Positions 15,101-30,060 of a DNA stretch of 64,000 bases are shown in pieces. The translations under genes were made by a program, and so were the position numbers. The notes beneath the pieces were generated by a model. That model saw nothing but the letters and a program-made list of their open reading frames with translations, did not search any database and had not been told where the DNA came from. The stretch lies in contig OZ024744.1 of NCBI GenBank assembly GCA_964016885.1, forward strand, positions 20,274,001-20,338,000. The letters run 5' to 3'. The DNA is from Eledone cirrhosa (Eukaryota). Within the stretch, counting starts at the first letter, position 1. The number at the start of each line of letters is the position of its first letter.

Positions 15101-15300
15101 AACAGTTGAATCTTAAGAACTGACTCGTTTTAACAACAGCTGAATCTTAAGATAAAACTCGTTTTAACAACAGTTGAATCTTAAGAACTGACTCGATGTA
15201 TCAACAGTTCAACCTTAAGAACTGACTCGTTTTAACAACAGTTGAATCTTCAAATAAAACTCGTTTTAACAACAGTTGAATCTTAAGAACTGACTCGTTT
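10710..15300. repeat. Tandem higher-order duplication, period 2246 bp (66 monomers)
   Basis: Markers at constant offset 2246: ACAAAAG 11390/13636, AACAAGAG 11870/14116, AAGACAAAAC 12121/14367, TCTTCAGATA 12831/15077, GATGTATC 12951/15197. Confidence 0.88.
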
Positions 15301-18300
15301 TAACAACAGTTGAATCTGAAGATAAAATTCGTTTTAACAACAGTTGAATCTTAAGATAACATTCGTTTTAACAACAGTTGAATCTTAAGAACTGACTCGT
15401 TTTAACAGCAGTTGAATCTTAAGATAAAACTCTTTTTAACAACAGTTGAATCTTAAGAACTGACTCGTCTTAACAACAGCTGAATCTTAAGATAAAACTC
15501 GTTTTAACAACAGTTGAATCTTAAGAACTGACTCGATTTATCAACAGTTCAACCTTAAGGACTGACTCGTTTTAACAACAGTTGAATCTTCAAATAAAAC
15601 TCGTTTTAACAACAGTTGAATCTTAAGAACTGACTCGTTTTAACAACAGTTCAAACTTAAGAACTGACTCGTTTTAACAACAGTTGAATCTTATGAACTG
15701 ATTCATTTTAACGACAGTTGAATCTTAAGATAACATTCGTTTTAACAACAGTTGAATCTTAAGAACTGACTCGTTTTAACAACAGTTGAATCTTAAAGAT
15801 AAAACTCGTTTTAACAACAGTTGAATCTTAAGAACTGACTCGTTTCATCAACAATTCAACCTTAAGAACTGACTCGTTTTAACAACAGTTGAATCTTAAG
15901 AACTGATTCGTTTTAACAGCAGTTGAATCTTCAAAAAAAACTCGTTTTAACAACAGTTGAATCTTAAGAACTGACTCGTTTTAACAACAGTTGAATGTTA
16001 AGGTAAAACTCGTTTTAACAATAGTTGAATCTTAAGAACTGACTCGATTTAACAACAGTTGAATCTTAAGATAAAACTCGTTTTAACAACAGTTGAATCT
16101 TAAGAACTGACTCGTTATAACAACAGCTGAATCTTAAGATAAAACTCGTTTTAACAACAGTTCAAACTTAAGAAATGACTCGTTTTAACAACAGTTGAAT
16201 CTTATGAACTGACTCATTGTAACAACAGTTGAATCTTAAGATAACATTCGTTTTAACAACAGTTCAACCTTAAGAACTGACTCGTTTTAACAACAGTTGA
16301 ATCTTCAAATAAAACTCGTTTTAACAACAGTTGAATCTTAAGAAAAGACTCGTTTTAACAACAGTTGAATCTTAAGATAAAACTCGTTTTAACAACAGTT
16401 GAATCTTAAGAACTGACTCATTTTAACAACAGTTGAATCTTAAGATAAAACTCGTTTTAACAACAGTTGAATCTTAAGAACTGATTCGTTTTAACAACAG
16501 TTCAAACTTAAGAACTGACTCGTTATAACATCAGTTGAATCTTAAGATAACAATCGTTTTAACAACAGTTGAATCTTATGAACTGACTCATTTTAACAAC
16601 AGTTGAATCTTAAGATAAAACTCGTTTTAACAACAGTTGAATCTTAAGAACTGACTCGTTTTAACAACAGCTGAATATTAAGATACAACTCGTTTTAACA
16701 ACAGTTGAATCTTAAGAACTGACTCGTTTTAACAACAGTTCAACCGTAAGAGCTGACTCGTTTAACATCAGTTGAATCTTAAGATAAAACTCGTTTTAAC
16801 AACAGTTGAATCTTAAGAACTGACTCATTTTAACAACAGTTTAATCTTAAGATAAAACTCGTTTTAACAACTGTTGAATCTTAAGAACTGACTCGTTTTA
16901 ACAACAGTTGAATCTTGAAATAAAACTCGTTTTAACAACATTTGAATCTTAAGAACTGACTCGTTTTAACAACAGTTGAATGTTAAGATAAAACTCGTTT
17001 TAACAATAGTTGAATCTTAAGAACTGACTCGTTTTAACAACAGTTGAATCTTAAGATAACATTCGTTTTAACAACAGTTGAATCTTAAGAACTGATTCGT
17101 TTTAACAGCAGTTGAATCTTAAGATAAAACTCGTTTTAACAACAGTTGAATCTTAAGAACTGACTCGTTCTAACAACAGCTGAATCTTAAGATAAAACTC
17201 GTTTTAACAACAGTTGAATCTTAAGAACTGACTCGATTTATCAACAGTTCAACCTTAAGAACTGACTTGTTTTAACAACAGTTGAATCTTCAAATAAAAC
17301 TCGTTTTAACAACAGTTGAATCTTAAGAACTGACTCGTTTTAACAATAGTTGAATCTGAAGATAAAATTCGTTTTAACAACAGTTGAATCTTAAGATAAC
17401 ATTCGTTTTAACAACAGTTGAATCTTAAGAACTGACTCGTTTTAACAGCAGTTGAATCTTAAGATAAAACTCTTTTTAACAACAGTTGAGTCTTAAGAAC
17501 TGACTCGTCTTAACAACAGCTGAATCTTAAGATAAAACTCGTTTTAACAACAGTTGAATCTTAAGAACTGACTCGATTTATCAACAGTTCAACCTTAAGG
17601 ACTGACTCGTTTTAACAACAGTTGAATCTTAAGAACTGACTCGTTTTAACAACAGTTCAAACTTAAGAACTGACTCGTTTTAACAACAGTTGAATCTTAT
17701 GAACTGACTCATTTTAACAACAGTTGAATCTTAAGATAACATTCGTTTTAACAACAGTTGAATCTTAAGAACTGACTCGTTTTAACAACAGTTGAATGTT
17801 AAGGTAAAACTCGTTTTAACAATAGTTGAATCTTAAGAACTGACTCGATTTAACAACAGTTGAATCATAAGATAAAACTTGTTTTAACAACAGTTGAATC
17901 TTAGGAACCGACTCGTTATAACAACAGCTGAATCTTAAGATAAAACTCGTTTTAACAACAGTTCAAACTTAAGAAATGACTCGTTTTAACAACAGTTGAA
18001 TCTTATGAACTGACTCATTGTAACAACAGTTGAATCTTAAGATAACATTCGTTTTAACAACAGTTCAACCTTAAGTACTGACTCGTTTTAACAACAGTTG
18101 AATCTTCAAATAAAACTCGTTTTCACAACAGTTGAATCTTAAGAAAAGACTCGTTTTAACAACAGTTGAATCTTAAGATAAAACCCGTTTTAACAACAGT
18201 TGAAACTTAAGAACTGACTCATTTTAACAACAGTTGAATCTTAAGATAAAACTCGTTTTAACAACAGTTGAATCTTAAGAAATGACTCGTTTTAACAACA

Positions 18301-21300
18301 GTTGAATCTTAAGATAAAATTCGTTTTAACAACAGTTGAATCTTAAGAACTGATTCGTTTTAACAACAGTTCAAACTTAAGAACTGACTCGTTATAACAT
18401 CAGTTGAATCTTAAGATAACAATCGTTTTAACAACAGTTGAATCTTATGAACTGACTCATTTTAACAACAGTTGAATCTTAAGAACTGACTCGTTTTAAC
18501 AACAGTTGAATCTTAAGATAAAACTCGTTTTAACAACAGTTGAATCTTAAGAACTGACTCGTTTTAACGACAGCTGAATCTTAAGATAAAACTAGTTTTA
18601 ACAACAGTTGAATCTTAAAGATAAAACTCGTTTTAACACCAGTTGAATCTTAAGAACTGACTCGTTTTAACAACAGTTTAATCTTAAGATAAGACTCGTT
18701 TTAACGATAGTTGAATCTTAAGAACTGACTCGTTTTAACGACAGCTGAATCTCAAGAACTGACTCGTTTTAGCAACAGTTGAATCTTAAGATAACACTCG
18801 TTTTAATAACAGTTGAATCTTAAGAACTGTCTCGTTTTAACAACAGTTGAATCTTAAGATAAACCTCGTTTTTACAACAGTTGAATCTTAAGAACTGACT
18901 CGTTTTAACAACAGTTACATCTTAATAACTGACTCGTTTTAACAACAGTTGAATGTTAAGATAAAACTCGTTTTAACAATAGTTGAATCTTAAGAACTGA
19001 CTCGTGTTAACAACGGTTGAATCTTAAGATAAAACTCGTTTTAACAACTGTTGAATCTTAAGAACTGACTCGTTTTAACAACAGTTGAATCTTGAAATAA
19101 AACTCGTTTTAACAACAGTTGAATCTTAAGAACTAACTCGTTTCAACAACAGTTGAATGTTAAGATAAAACTCGTTTTAACAATAGTTGAATCTTAAGAA
19201 CTGACTCGTTTTAACAACAGTTGAATCTTAAGATAACATTCGTTTTAACAACAGTTTAATCTTAAGAACTGATTCGTTTTAACAGCAGTTGAATCTTCAG
19301 ATAAAACTCGTTTTAACAACAGTTGAATCTTAAGAACTGACTCGTTTTAACAACAGCTGAATCTTAAGATAAAACTCGTTTTAACAACAGTTGAATCTTA
19401 AGAACTGACTCGATGTATCAACAGTTCAACCTTAAGAACTGACTCGTTTTAACAACAGTTGAATCTTCAAATAAAACTCGTTTTAACAACAGTTGAATCT
19501 TAAGAACTGACTCGTTTTAACAACAGTTGAATCTGAAGATAAAATTCGTTTTAACAACAGTTGAATCTTAAGATAACATTCGTTTTAACAACAGTTGAAT
19601 CTTAAGAACTGACTCGTTTTAACAGCAGTTGAATCTTAAGATAAAACTCTTTTTAACAACAGTTGAATCTTAAGAACTGACTCGTCTTAACAACAGCTGA
19701 ATCTTAAGATAAAACTCGTTTTAACAACAGTTGAATCTTAAGAACTGACTCGATTTATCAACAGTTCAACCTTAAGGACTGACTCGTTTTAACAACAGTT
19801 GAATCTTCAAATAAAACTCGTTTTAACAACAGTTGAATCTTAAGAACTGACTCGTTTTAACAACAGTTCAAACTTAAGAACTGACTCGTTTTAACAACAG
19901 TTGAATCTTATGAACTGATTCATTTTAACGACAGTTGAATCTTAAGATAACATTCGTTTTAACAACAGTTGAATCTTAAGAACTGACTCGTTTTAACAAC
20001 AGTTGAATCTTAAAGATAAAACTCGTTTTAACAACAGTTGAATCTTAAGAACTGACTCGTTTCATCAACAATTCAACCTTAAGAACTGACTCGTTTTAAC
20101 AACAGTTGAATCTTAAGAACTGATTCGTTTTAACAGCAGTTGAATCTTCAAAAAAAACTCGTTTTAACAACAGTTGAATCTTAAGAACTGACTCGTTTTA
20201 ACAACAGTTGAATGTTAAGGTAAAACTCGTTTTAACAATAGTTGAATCTTAAGAACTGACTCGATTTAACAACAGTTGAATCTTAAGATAAAACTCGTTT
20301 TAACAACAGTTGAATCTTAAGAACTGACTCGTTATAACAACAGCTGAATCTTAAGATAAAACTCGTTTTAACAACAGTTCAAACTTAAGAAATGACTCGT
20401 TTTAACAACAGTTGAATCTTATGAACTGACTCATTGTAACAACAGTTGAATCTTAAGATAACATTCGTTTTAACAACAGTTCAACCTTAAGAACTGACTC
20501 GTTTTAACAACAGTTGAATCTTCAAATAAAACTCGTTTTAACAACAGTTGAATCTTAAGAAAAGACTCGTTTTAACAACAGTTGAATCTTAAGATAAAAC
20601 TCGTTTTAACAACAGTTGAATCTTAAGAACTGACTCATTTTAACAACAGTTGAATCTTAAGATAAAACTCGTTTTAACAACAGTTGAATCTTAAGAACTG
20701 ATTCGTTTTAACAACAGTTCAAACTTAAGAACTGACTCGTTATAACATCAGTTGAATCTTAAGATAACAATCGTTTTAACAACAGTTGAATCTTATGAAC
20801 TGACTCATTTTAACAACAGTTGAATCTTAAGATAAAACTCGTTTTAACAACAGTTGAATCTTAAGAACTGACTCGTTTTAACAACAGCTGAATATTAAGA
20901 TACAACTCGTTTTAACAACAGTTGAATCTTAAGAACTGACTCGTTTTAACAACAGTTCAACCGTAAGAGCTGACTCGTTTAACATCAGTTGAATCTTAAG
21001 ATAAAACTCGTTTTAACAACAGTTGAATCTTAAGAACTGACTCATTTTAACAACAGTTTAATCTTAAGATAAAACTCGTTTTAACAACTGTTGAATCTTA
21101 AGAACTGACTCGTTTTAACAACAGTTGAATCTTGAAATAAAACTCGTTTTAACAACATTTGAATCTTAAGAACTGACTCGTTTTAACAACAGTTGAATGT
21201 TAAGATAAAACTCGTTTTAACAATAGTTGAATCTTAAGAACTGACTCGTTTTAACAACAGTTGAATCTTAAGATAACATTCGTTTTAACAACAGTTGAAT

Positions 21301-23300
21301 CTTAAGAACTGATTCGTTTTAACAGCAGTTGAATCTTAAGATAAAACTCGTTTTAACAACAGTTGAATCTTAAGAACTGACTCGTTTTAACAACAGCTGA
21401 ATCTTAAGATAAAACTCGTTTTAACAACAGTTGAATCTTAAGAACTGACTCGATTTATCAACAGTTCAACCTTAAGAACTGACTCGTTTTAACAACAGTT
21501 GAATCTTCAAATAAAACTCGTTTTAACAACAGTTGAATCTTAAGAACTGACTCGTTTTAACAATAGTTGAATCTGAAGATAAAATTCGTTTTAACAACAG
21601 TTGAATCTTAAGATAACATTCGTTTTAACAACAGTTGAATCTTAAGAACTGACTCGTTTTAACAGCAGTTGAATCTTAAGATAAAACTCTTTTTAACAAC
21701 AGTTGAGTCTTAAGAACTGACTCGTCTTAACAACAGCTGAATCTTAAGATAAAACTCGTTTTAACAACAGTTGAATCTTAAGAACTGACTCGATTTATCA
21801 ACAGTTCAACCTTAAGGACTGACTCGTTTTAACAACAGTTGAATCTTCAAATAAAACTCGTTTTAACAACAGTTGAATCTTAAGAACTGACTCGTTTTAA
21901 CAACAGTTCAAACTTAAGAACTGACTCGTTTTAACAACAGTTGAATCTTATGAACTGACTCATTTTAACAACAGTTGAATCTTAAGATAACATTCGTTTT
22001 AACAACAGTTGAATCTTAAGAACTGACTCGTTTTAACAACAGTTGAATGTTAAGGTAAAACTCGTTTTAACAATAGTTGAATCTTAAGAACTGACTCGAT
22101 TTAACAACAGTTGAATCATAAGATAAAACTCGTTTTAACAACAGTTGAATCTTAGGAACTGACTCGTTATAACAACAGCTGAATCTTAAGATAAAACTCG
22201 TTTTAACAACAGTTCAAACTTAAGAAATGACTCGTTTTAACAACAGTTGAATCTTAAGATAACATTCGTTTTAACAACAGTTCAACCTTAAGTACTGACT
22301 CGTTTTAACAACAGTTGAATATTCAAATAAAACTCGTTTTAACAACAGTTGAATCTTAAGAAAAGACTCGTTTTAACAACAGTTGAATCTTAAGATAAAA
22401 CCCGTTTTAACAACAGTTGAATCTTAAGAACTGACTCATTTTAACAACAGTTGAATCTTAAGATAAAACTCGTTTTAACAACAGTTGAATCTTAAGAAAT
22501 GACTCGTTTTAACAACAGTTGAATCTTAAGATAAAATTCGTTTTAACAACAGTTGAATCTTAAGAACTGATTCGTTTTAACAACAGTTCAAACTTAAGAA
22601 CTGACTCGTTATAACATCAGTTGAATCTTAAGATAACAATCGTTTTAACAACAGTTGAATCTTATGAACTGACTCATTTTAACAACAGTTGAATCTTAAG
22701 AACTGATTCGTTTTAACAACAGTTGAATCTTAAGATAAAACTCGTTTTAACAACAGTTGAATCTTAAGAACTGACTCGTTTTAACGACAGCTGAATCTTA
22801 AGATAAAACTAGTTTTAACAACAGTTGAATCTTAAAGATAAAACTCGTTTTAACACCAGTTGAATCTTAAGAACTGACTCGTTTTAACAACAGTTTAATC
22901 TTAAGATAAGACTCGTTTTAACGATAGTTGAATCTTAAGAACTGACTCGTTTTAACGACAGCTGAATCTCAAGAACTGACTCGTTTTAGCAACAGTTGAA
23001 TCTTAAGATAACACTCGTTTTAATAACAGTTGAATCTTAAGAACTGTCTCGTTTTAACAACAGTTGAATCTTAAGATAAACCTCGTTTTTACAACAGTTG
23101 AATCTTAAGAACTGACTCGTTTTAACAACAGTTAAATCTTAATAACTGACTCGTTTTAACAACAGTTGAATGTTAAGATAAAACTCGTTTTAACAATAGT
23201 TGAATCTTAAGAACTGACTCGTGTTAACAACGGTTGAATCTTAAGATAAAACTCGTTTTAACAACTGTTGAATCTTAAGAACTGACTCGTTTTAACAACA
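14430..23300. repeat. Tandem higher-order duplication, period 4217 bp (124 monomers), ~2.1 copies
   Basis: Markers at offset 4217: GATAAGAC 14471/18688, CAACGG 14794/19011/23228, GATTCATT 15701/19918, CTGAATATT 16671/20888, GTTGAGTC 17490/21707, ACTAGTTTT 18591/22808. Confidence 0.88.
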
Positions 23301-26029
23301 GCTGAACCTTAAGATAAAACTCGTTTTAACAACAGTTGAATCTTAAGAACTGACTCGTTATAACAACAGCTGAATCTTAAGATAAAACTCGTTTTAACAA
23401 CAGTTCAAACTTAAGAAATGACTCATTTTAACAACAGTTGAATCTTATGAACTGACTCATTGTAACAACAGTTGAATCTTAAGATAACATTCGTTTTAAC
23501 AACAGTTCAACTTTAAGAACTGACTCGTTTTAACAACAGTTGAATCTTCAAATAAAACTCGTTTTAACAACAGTTGAATCTTAAGAAATGACTCGTTTTA
23601 ACAACAGTTGAATCTTAAGATAAAACTCGTTTTAACAACAGTTGAATCTTAAGATAAAACTCGTTTTAACAACAGTTGAATCTTAAGAACTGACTCGTTT
23701 TAACAACAGTTGAATCTTAAGATAAAATTCGTTTTAACAACAGTTGAATCTTAAGAACTGATTCGTTTTAACAACAGTTGAATCTTATGAACTGACTCAT
23801 TTTAACAACAGTTGCATCTTAAGAACTGACTCGTTTTAACGACAGCTGAATCTTAAGATAAAACTAGTTTTAACAACAGTTGAATCTTAAAGATAAAACT
23901 CGCTTTAACAACAGTTGAATCTTAAAATAAAACTCGTTTTAACAATAGTTGAATCTCAAAAACTGACTCGTTTTAGCAACAGTTGAATCTTAAGATAACA
24001 CTCGTTTTAATCACAGTTGAATCTTAAGAACTGTCTCGTTTTAACAACAGTTGATTCTTAAGATAAACCTAGTTTTAACAACAGTTGAATCTTAAGAACT
24101 GACTCGTTTTAACAACAGTTAAATCTTAATAATTGACTCGTTTTAACAACAGTTGAATCTTAAGATAAAAATTCGTTTTAACAATAGTTAAATCTTAAGA
24201 ACTGACTCGTTTTAACAACAGTGAATCTTCAAATAAAACTCGTTTTAACAACAGTTGAATCTTAAGAACTGACTCGTTTTAACAACAGTTGAATCTTAAG
24301 ATAAAACTCGTTTTAACAACAGTTGAATCTTAAGAACTGACTCGTTATATCAACAGCTGAATCTTAAGATAAAACTCGTTTCAACAACAGTTCAACCTTA
24401 AGAACTGACTCGTTTTAACAACAGTTGAATCTTCAAATAAAAATCGTTTTAACAACAGTTTAATCTTAAGAAAAGACTCGTTTTAACAACAGTTGAATCT
24501 TAAGATAAAACTCGTTTTAACAACAGTTGAATCTTAAGAACTGACTCATTTTAACAACAGTTGAATCTTAAGATAAAACTCGTTTTAACAACAGTTGAAT
24601 CTTAAGAACTGACTCGTTTTAACAATAGTTGAATCTGAAGATAAAATTCGTTTTAACAACAGTTGAATCTTAAGATAACATTCGTTTTAACAACAGTTGA
24701 ATCTTAAGAACTGACTCGTTTTAACAGCAGTTGAATCTTAAGATAAAACTCTTTTTAACAACAGTTGAATCTTAAGAACTGACTCGTCTTAACAACAGCT
24801 GAATCTTAAGATAAAACTCGTTTTAACAACAGTTGAATCTTAAGAATTGACTCGATTTATCAACAGTTCAACCTTAAGGACTGACTCGTTTTAACAACAG
24901 TTGAATCTTCAAATAAAACTCGTTTTAACAACAGTTCAAACTTAAGAACTGACTCGTTTTAACAACAGTTGAATCTTATGAACTGACTCATTTTAACAAC
25001 AGTTGAATCTTAAGATAACATTCGTTTTAACAACAGTTGAATCTTAAGAACTGACTCGTTTTAACAACAGTTGAATCTAAAAGATAAAACTCGTTTTAAC
25101 AACAGTTGAATCTTAAGAACTGACTCGTTTCATCAACAATTCAACCTTAAGAACTGACTCGTTTTAACAACAGTTGAATCTTAAGAACTGATTCGTTTTA
25201 ACAGCAGTTGAATCTTCAAAAAAAACTCGTTTTAACAACAGTTGAATCTTAAGAACTGACTCGTTTTAACAACAGTTGAATGTTAAGGTAAAACTCGTTT
25301 TAACAATAGTTGAATCTTAAGAACTGACTCGATTTAACAACAGTTGAATCTTAAGATAAAACTCGTTTTAACAACAGTTGAATCTTAAGAACTGACTCGT
25401 TATAACAACAGCTGAATCTTAAGATAAAACTCGTTTTAACAACAGTTCAAACTTAAGAAATGACTCGTTTTAACAACAGTTGAATCTTATGAACTGACTC
25501 ATTGTAACAACAGTTGAATCTTAAGATAACATTCGTTTTAACAACAGTTCAACCTTAAGTACTGACTCGTTTTAACAACAGTTGAATCTTCAAATAAAAC
25601 TCGTTTTAACAACAGTTGAATCTTAAGAAAAGACTCGTTTTAACAACAGTTGAATCTTAAGATAAAACCCGTTTTAACAACAGTTGAATCTTAAGAACTG
25701 ACTCATTTTAACAACAGTTGAATCTTAAGATAAAACTCGTTTTAACAACAGTTGAATCTTAAGAACTGACTCGTTTTAACAACAGTTGAATCTTAAGATA
25801 ACAATCGTTTTAACAACAGTTGAATCTTATGAACTGACTCATTTTAACAACAGTTGAATCTTAAGAACTGACTCGTTTTAACAACAGTTGAATCTTAAGA
25901 TAAAACTCGTTTTAACACCAGTTGAATCTGAAGAACTGACTCGTTTTAACAACAGCTGAATCTTAAGACAAAACTCGTTTTAACAACAGTTGAATCTTAA
26001 GATAAAACTCGTTTTAACAACAGTTGAAT

Positions 26030-29000
26030 CTTAAGAACTGACTCGTTTTAACAACAGTTTAATCTTAAGATAAGACTCGTTTTAACGATAGTTGAATCTT
26101 AAGAACTGACTCGTTTTAACGACAGCTGAATCTCAAGAACTGACTCGTTTTAGCAACAGTTGAATCTTAAGATAACACTCGTTTTAATAACAGTTGAATC
26201 TTAAGAACTGTCTCGTTTTAACAACAGTTGAATCTTAAGATAAACCTCGTTTTTACAACAGTTGAATCTTAAGAACTGACTCGTTTTAACAACAGTTAAG
26301 TCTTAATAACTGACTCGTTTTAACAACAGTTGAATGTTAAGATAAAACTCGTTTTAACAATAGTTGAATCTTAAGAACTGACTCGTGTTAACAACGGTTG
26401 AATCTTAAGATAAAACTCGTTTTAACAACTGTTGAATCTTAAGAACTGACTCGTTTTAACAACAGCTGAATCTTAAGATAAAACTCGTTTTAACAACAGT
26501 TGAATCTTAAGAACTGACTCGTTATAACAACAGCTGAATCTTAAGATAAAACTCGTTTTAACAACAGTTCAAACTTAAGAAATGACTCGTTTTAACAACA
26601 GTTGAATCTTATGAACTGACTCATTGTAACAACAGTTGAATCTTAAGATAACATTCGTTTTAACAACAGTTCAACCTTAAGAACTGACTCGTTTTAACAA
26701 CAGTTGAATCTTCAAATAAAACTCGTTTTAACAACAGTTGAATCTTAAGAAATGACTCGTTTTAACAACAGTTGAATCTTAAGATAAAACTCGTTTTAAC
26801 AACAGTTGAATCTTAAGATAAAACTCGTTTTAACAACAGTTGAATCTTAAGAACTGACTCGTTTTAACAACAGTTGAATCTTAAGATAAAATTCGGTTTA
26901 ACAACAGTTGAATCTTAAGAACTGATTCGTTTTAACAACAGTTGAATCTTTTGAACTGACTCATTTTAACAACAGTTGAATCTTAAGATAACAATCGTTT
27001 TAACAACAGTTGAATCTTATGAACTGACTCATTTTAACAACAGTTGCATCTTAAGAACTGACTCGTTTTAACGACAGCTGAATCTTAAGATAAAACTAGT
27101 TTTAACAACAGTTGAATCTTAAAGATAAAACTCGCTTTAACAACAGTTGAATCTTAAAATAAAACTCGTTTTAACAATAGTTGAATCTCAAGAACTGACT
27201 CGTTTTAGCAACAGTTGAATCTTAAGATAACACTCGTTTTAATCACAGTTGAATCTTAAGAACTGTCTCGTTTTAACAACAGTTGATTCTTAAGATAAAC
27301 CTAGTTTTAACAACAGTTGAATCTTAAGAACTGACTCGTTTTAACAACAGTTAAATCTTAATAATTGACTCGTTTTAACAACAGTTGAATCTTAAGATAA
27401 AAATTCGTTTTAACAATAGTTAAATCTTAAGAACTGACTCGTTTTAACAACAGTTGAATCTTAAGATATAACTCGTTTTAACAACAGTTGAATCTTAAGA
27501 ATTGACTCGTTTTAACAAAAGTTCAACCTTAAGAACTGACTCGTTTTAACAACAGTGAATCTTCAAATAAAACTCGTTTTAACAACAGTTGAATCTTAAG
27601 AACTGACTCGTTTTAACAACAGTTGAATCTTAAGATAAAACTCGTTTTAACAACAGTTGAATCTTAAGAACTGACTCGTTATAACAACAGCTGAATCTTA
27701 AGATAGAACTCGTTTCAACAACAGTTCAACCTTAAGAACTGACTCGTTTTAACAACAGTTGAATCTTCAAATAAAAATCGTTTTAACAACAGTTTAATCT
27801 TAAGAAAAGACTCGTTTTAACAACAGTTGAATCTTAAGATAAAACTCGTTTTAACAACAGTTGAATCTTAAGAACTGACTCATTTTAACAACAGTTGAAT
27901 CTTAAGATAAAACTCGTTTTAACAACAGTTGAATCTTAAGAACTGACTCGTTTTAACATCAGTTGAATCTTAAGATAAAATTCGTTTTAACAACAGTTGA
28001 ATCTTAAGAACTGATTCGTTTTAACAACAGTTCAAACTTAAGAACTAACTCGTTATAACATCAGTTGAATCTTAAGATAACAATCGTTTTAACAACAGTT
28101 GAATCTTATGAACTGACTCATTTTAACAACAGTTGAATCTTAAGAACTGACTCGTTTTAACAACAGTTGAATCTTAAGATAAAACTCGTTTTAACAACAG
28201 TTGAATCTTAAGAACTGACTCGTTTTAACGACAGCTGAATCTTAAGATAAAACTAGTTTTAACAACAGTTGAATCTTAAAGATAAAACTCGTTTTAACAC
28301 CAGTTGAATCTTAACAACTGACTCGTTTTAACAACAGCTGAATCTTAAGATAAAACTCGTTTTAACAACAGTTGAATCTTAAGATAAAACTCGTTTTAAC
28401 AACAGTTGAATCTTAAGAACTGACTCGTTTTAACAACAGTTTAATCTTAAGATAAGACTCGTTTTAACGATAGTTGAATCTTAAGAACTGACTCGTTTTA
28501 ACGACAGCTGAATCTCAAGAACTGACTCGTTTTAGCAACAGTTGAATCTTAAGATAACACTCGTTTTAATAACGGTTGAATCTTAAGAACTGTCTCGTTT
28601 TAACAACAGTTGAATCTTAAGTTAAACCTCGTTTTTACAACAGTTGAATCTTAAGAACTGACTCGTTTTAACAACAGTTAAATCTTATTAACTGACTCGT
28701 TTTAACAACAGTTGAATGTTAAGATAAAACTCGTTTTAACAATAGTTGAATCTTAAGAACTGACTCGTGTTAACAACGGTTGAATCTTAAGATAAAACTC
28801 GTTTTAACAACTGTTGAATCTTAAGAACTGACTCGTTTTAACAACAGCTGAATCTTAAGATAAAACTCGTTTTAACAACAGTTGAATCTTAAGAACTGAC
28901 TCGTTATAACAACAGCTGAATCTTAAGATAAAACTCGTTTTAACAACAGTTCAAACTTAAGAAATGACTCGTTTTAACAACAGTTGAATCTTATGAACTG

Positions 29001-30060
29001 ACTCATTGTAACAACAGTTGAATCTTAAGATAACATTCGTTTTAACAACAGTTCAACCTTAAGAACTGACTCGTTTTAACAACAGTTGAATCTTCAAATA
29101 AAACTCGTTTTAACAACAGTTGAATCTTAAGAAATGACTCGTTTTAACAACAGTTGAATCTTAAGAAATGACTCGTTTTAACAACAGTTGAATCTTAAGA
29201 TAAAACTCGTTTTAACAACAGTTGAATCTTAAGAACTGACTCATTTTAACAACAGTTGACTCTTAAGATAAAACTCGTTTTAACAACAGTTGAATCTTAA
29301 GAACTGACTCGTTTTAACAACAGTTGAATCTTAAGATAAAATTCGTTTTAACAACAGTTGAATCTTAAGAACTGATTCGTTTTAACAACAGTTGAATCTT
29401 ATGAACTGACTCATTTTAACAACAGTTGAATCTTAAGATAACAATTGTTTTAACAACAGTTGAATCTTATGAACTGACTCATTTTAACAACAGTTGAATC
29501 TTAAGAACTGACTCGTTTTAACGACAGCTGAATCTTAAGATAAAACTAGTTTTAACAACAGTTGAATCTTAAAGATAAAACTCGCTTTAACAACAGTTGA
29601 ATCTTAAAATAAAACTCGTTTTAACAATAGTTGAATCTCAAGAACTGACTCGTTTTAGCAACAGTTGAATCTTAAGATAACACTCGTTTTAATCACAGTT
29701 GAATCTTAAGAACTGTCTCGTTTTAACAACAGTTGATTCTTAAGATAAACCTAGTTTTAACAACAGTTGAATCTTAAGAACTGACTCGTTTTAACAACAG
29801 TTAAATCTTAATAATTGACTCGTTTTAACAACAGTTGAATCTTAAGATAAAAATTCGTTTTAACAATAGTTAAATCTTAAGAACTGACTCGTTTTAACAA
29901 CAGTTGAATCTTAAGATATAACTCGTTTTAACAACAGTTGAATCTTAAGAATTGACTCGTTTTAACAAAAGTTCAACCTTAAGAATTGACTCGTTTTAAC
30001 AACAGTGAATCTTCAAATAAAACTCGTTTTAACAACAGTTGAATCTTAAGAACTGACTCG
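26030..30060. repeat. Tandem higher-order duplication, period ~2380-2450 bp (70-72 monomers), with a related third partial copy at ~22.9-24.6 kb
   Basis: CGCTTTAAC..CTTAAAAT at 23901/27133/29583, 33-bp CAGTGAAT monomer at 24221/27555/30005, GATAAGAC at 26069/28451. Confidence 0.8.

Larger units (their letters stand above)
1..30050. repeat. Left satellite sub-domain (variant family L)
   Basis: Variants seen only on this side by eye: TTCAAAAAAAACTC (e.g. ~4061, 9400, 25216), GTTAAGGTAAAAC, AAGAAAAGACTC, CATTGTAAC, CGTTATAAC, CCGTAAGAGC, GATAAGACTC..ACGATAG. Confidence 0.85.
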
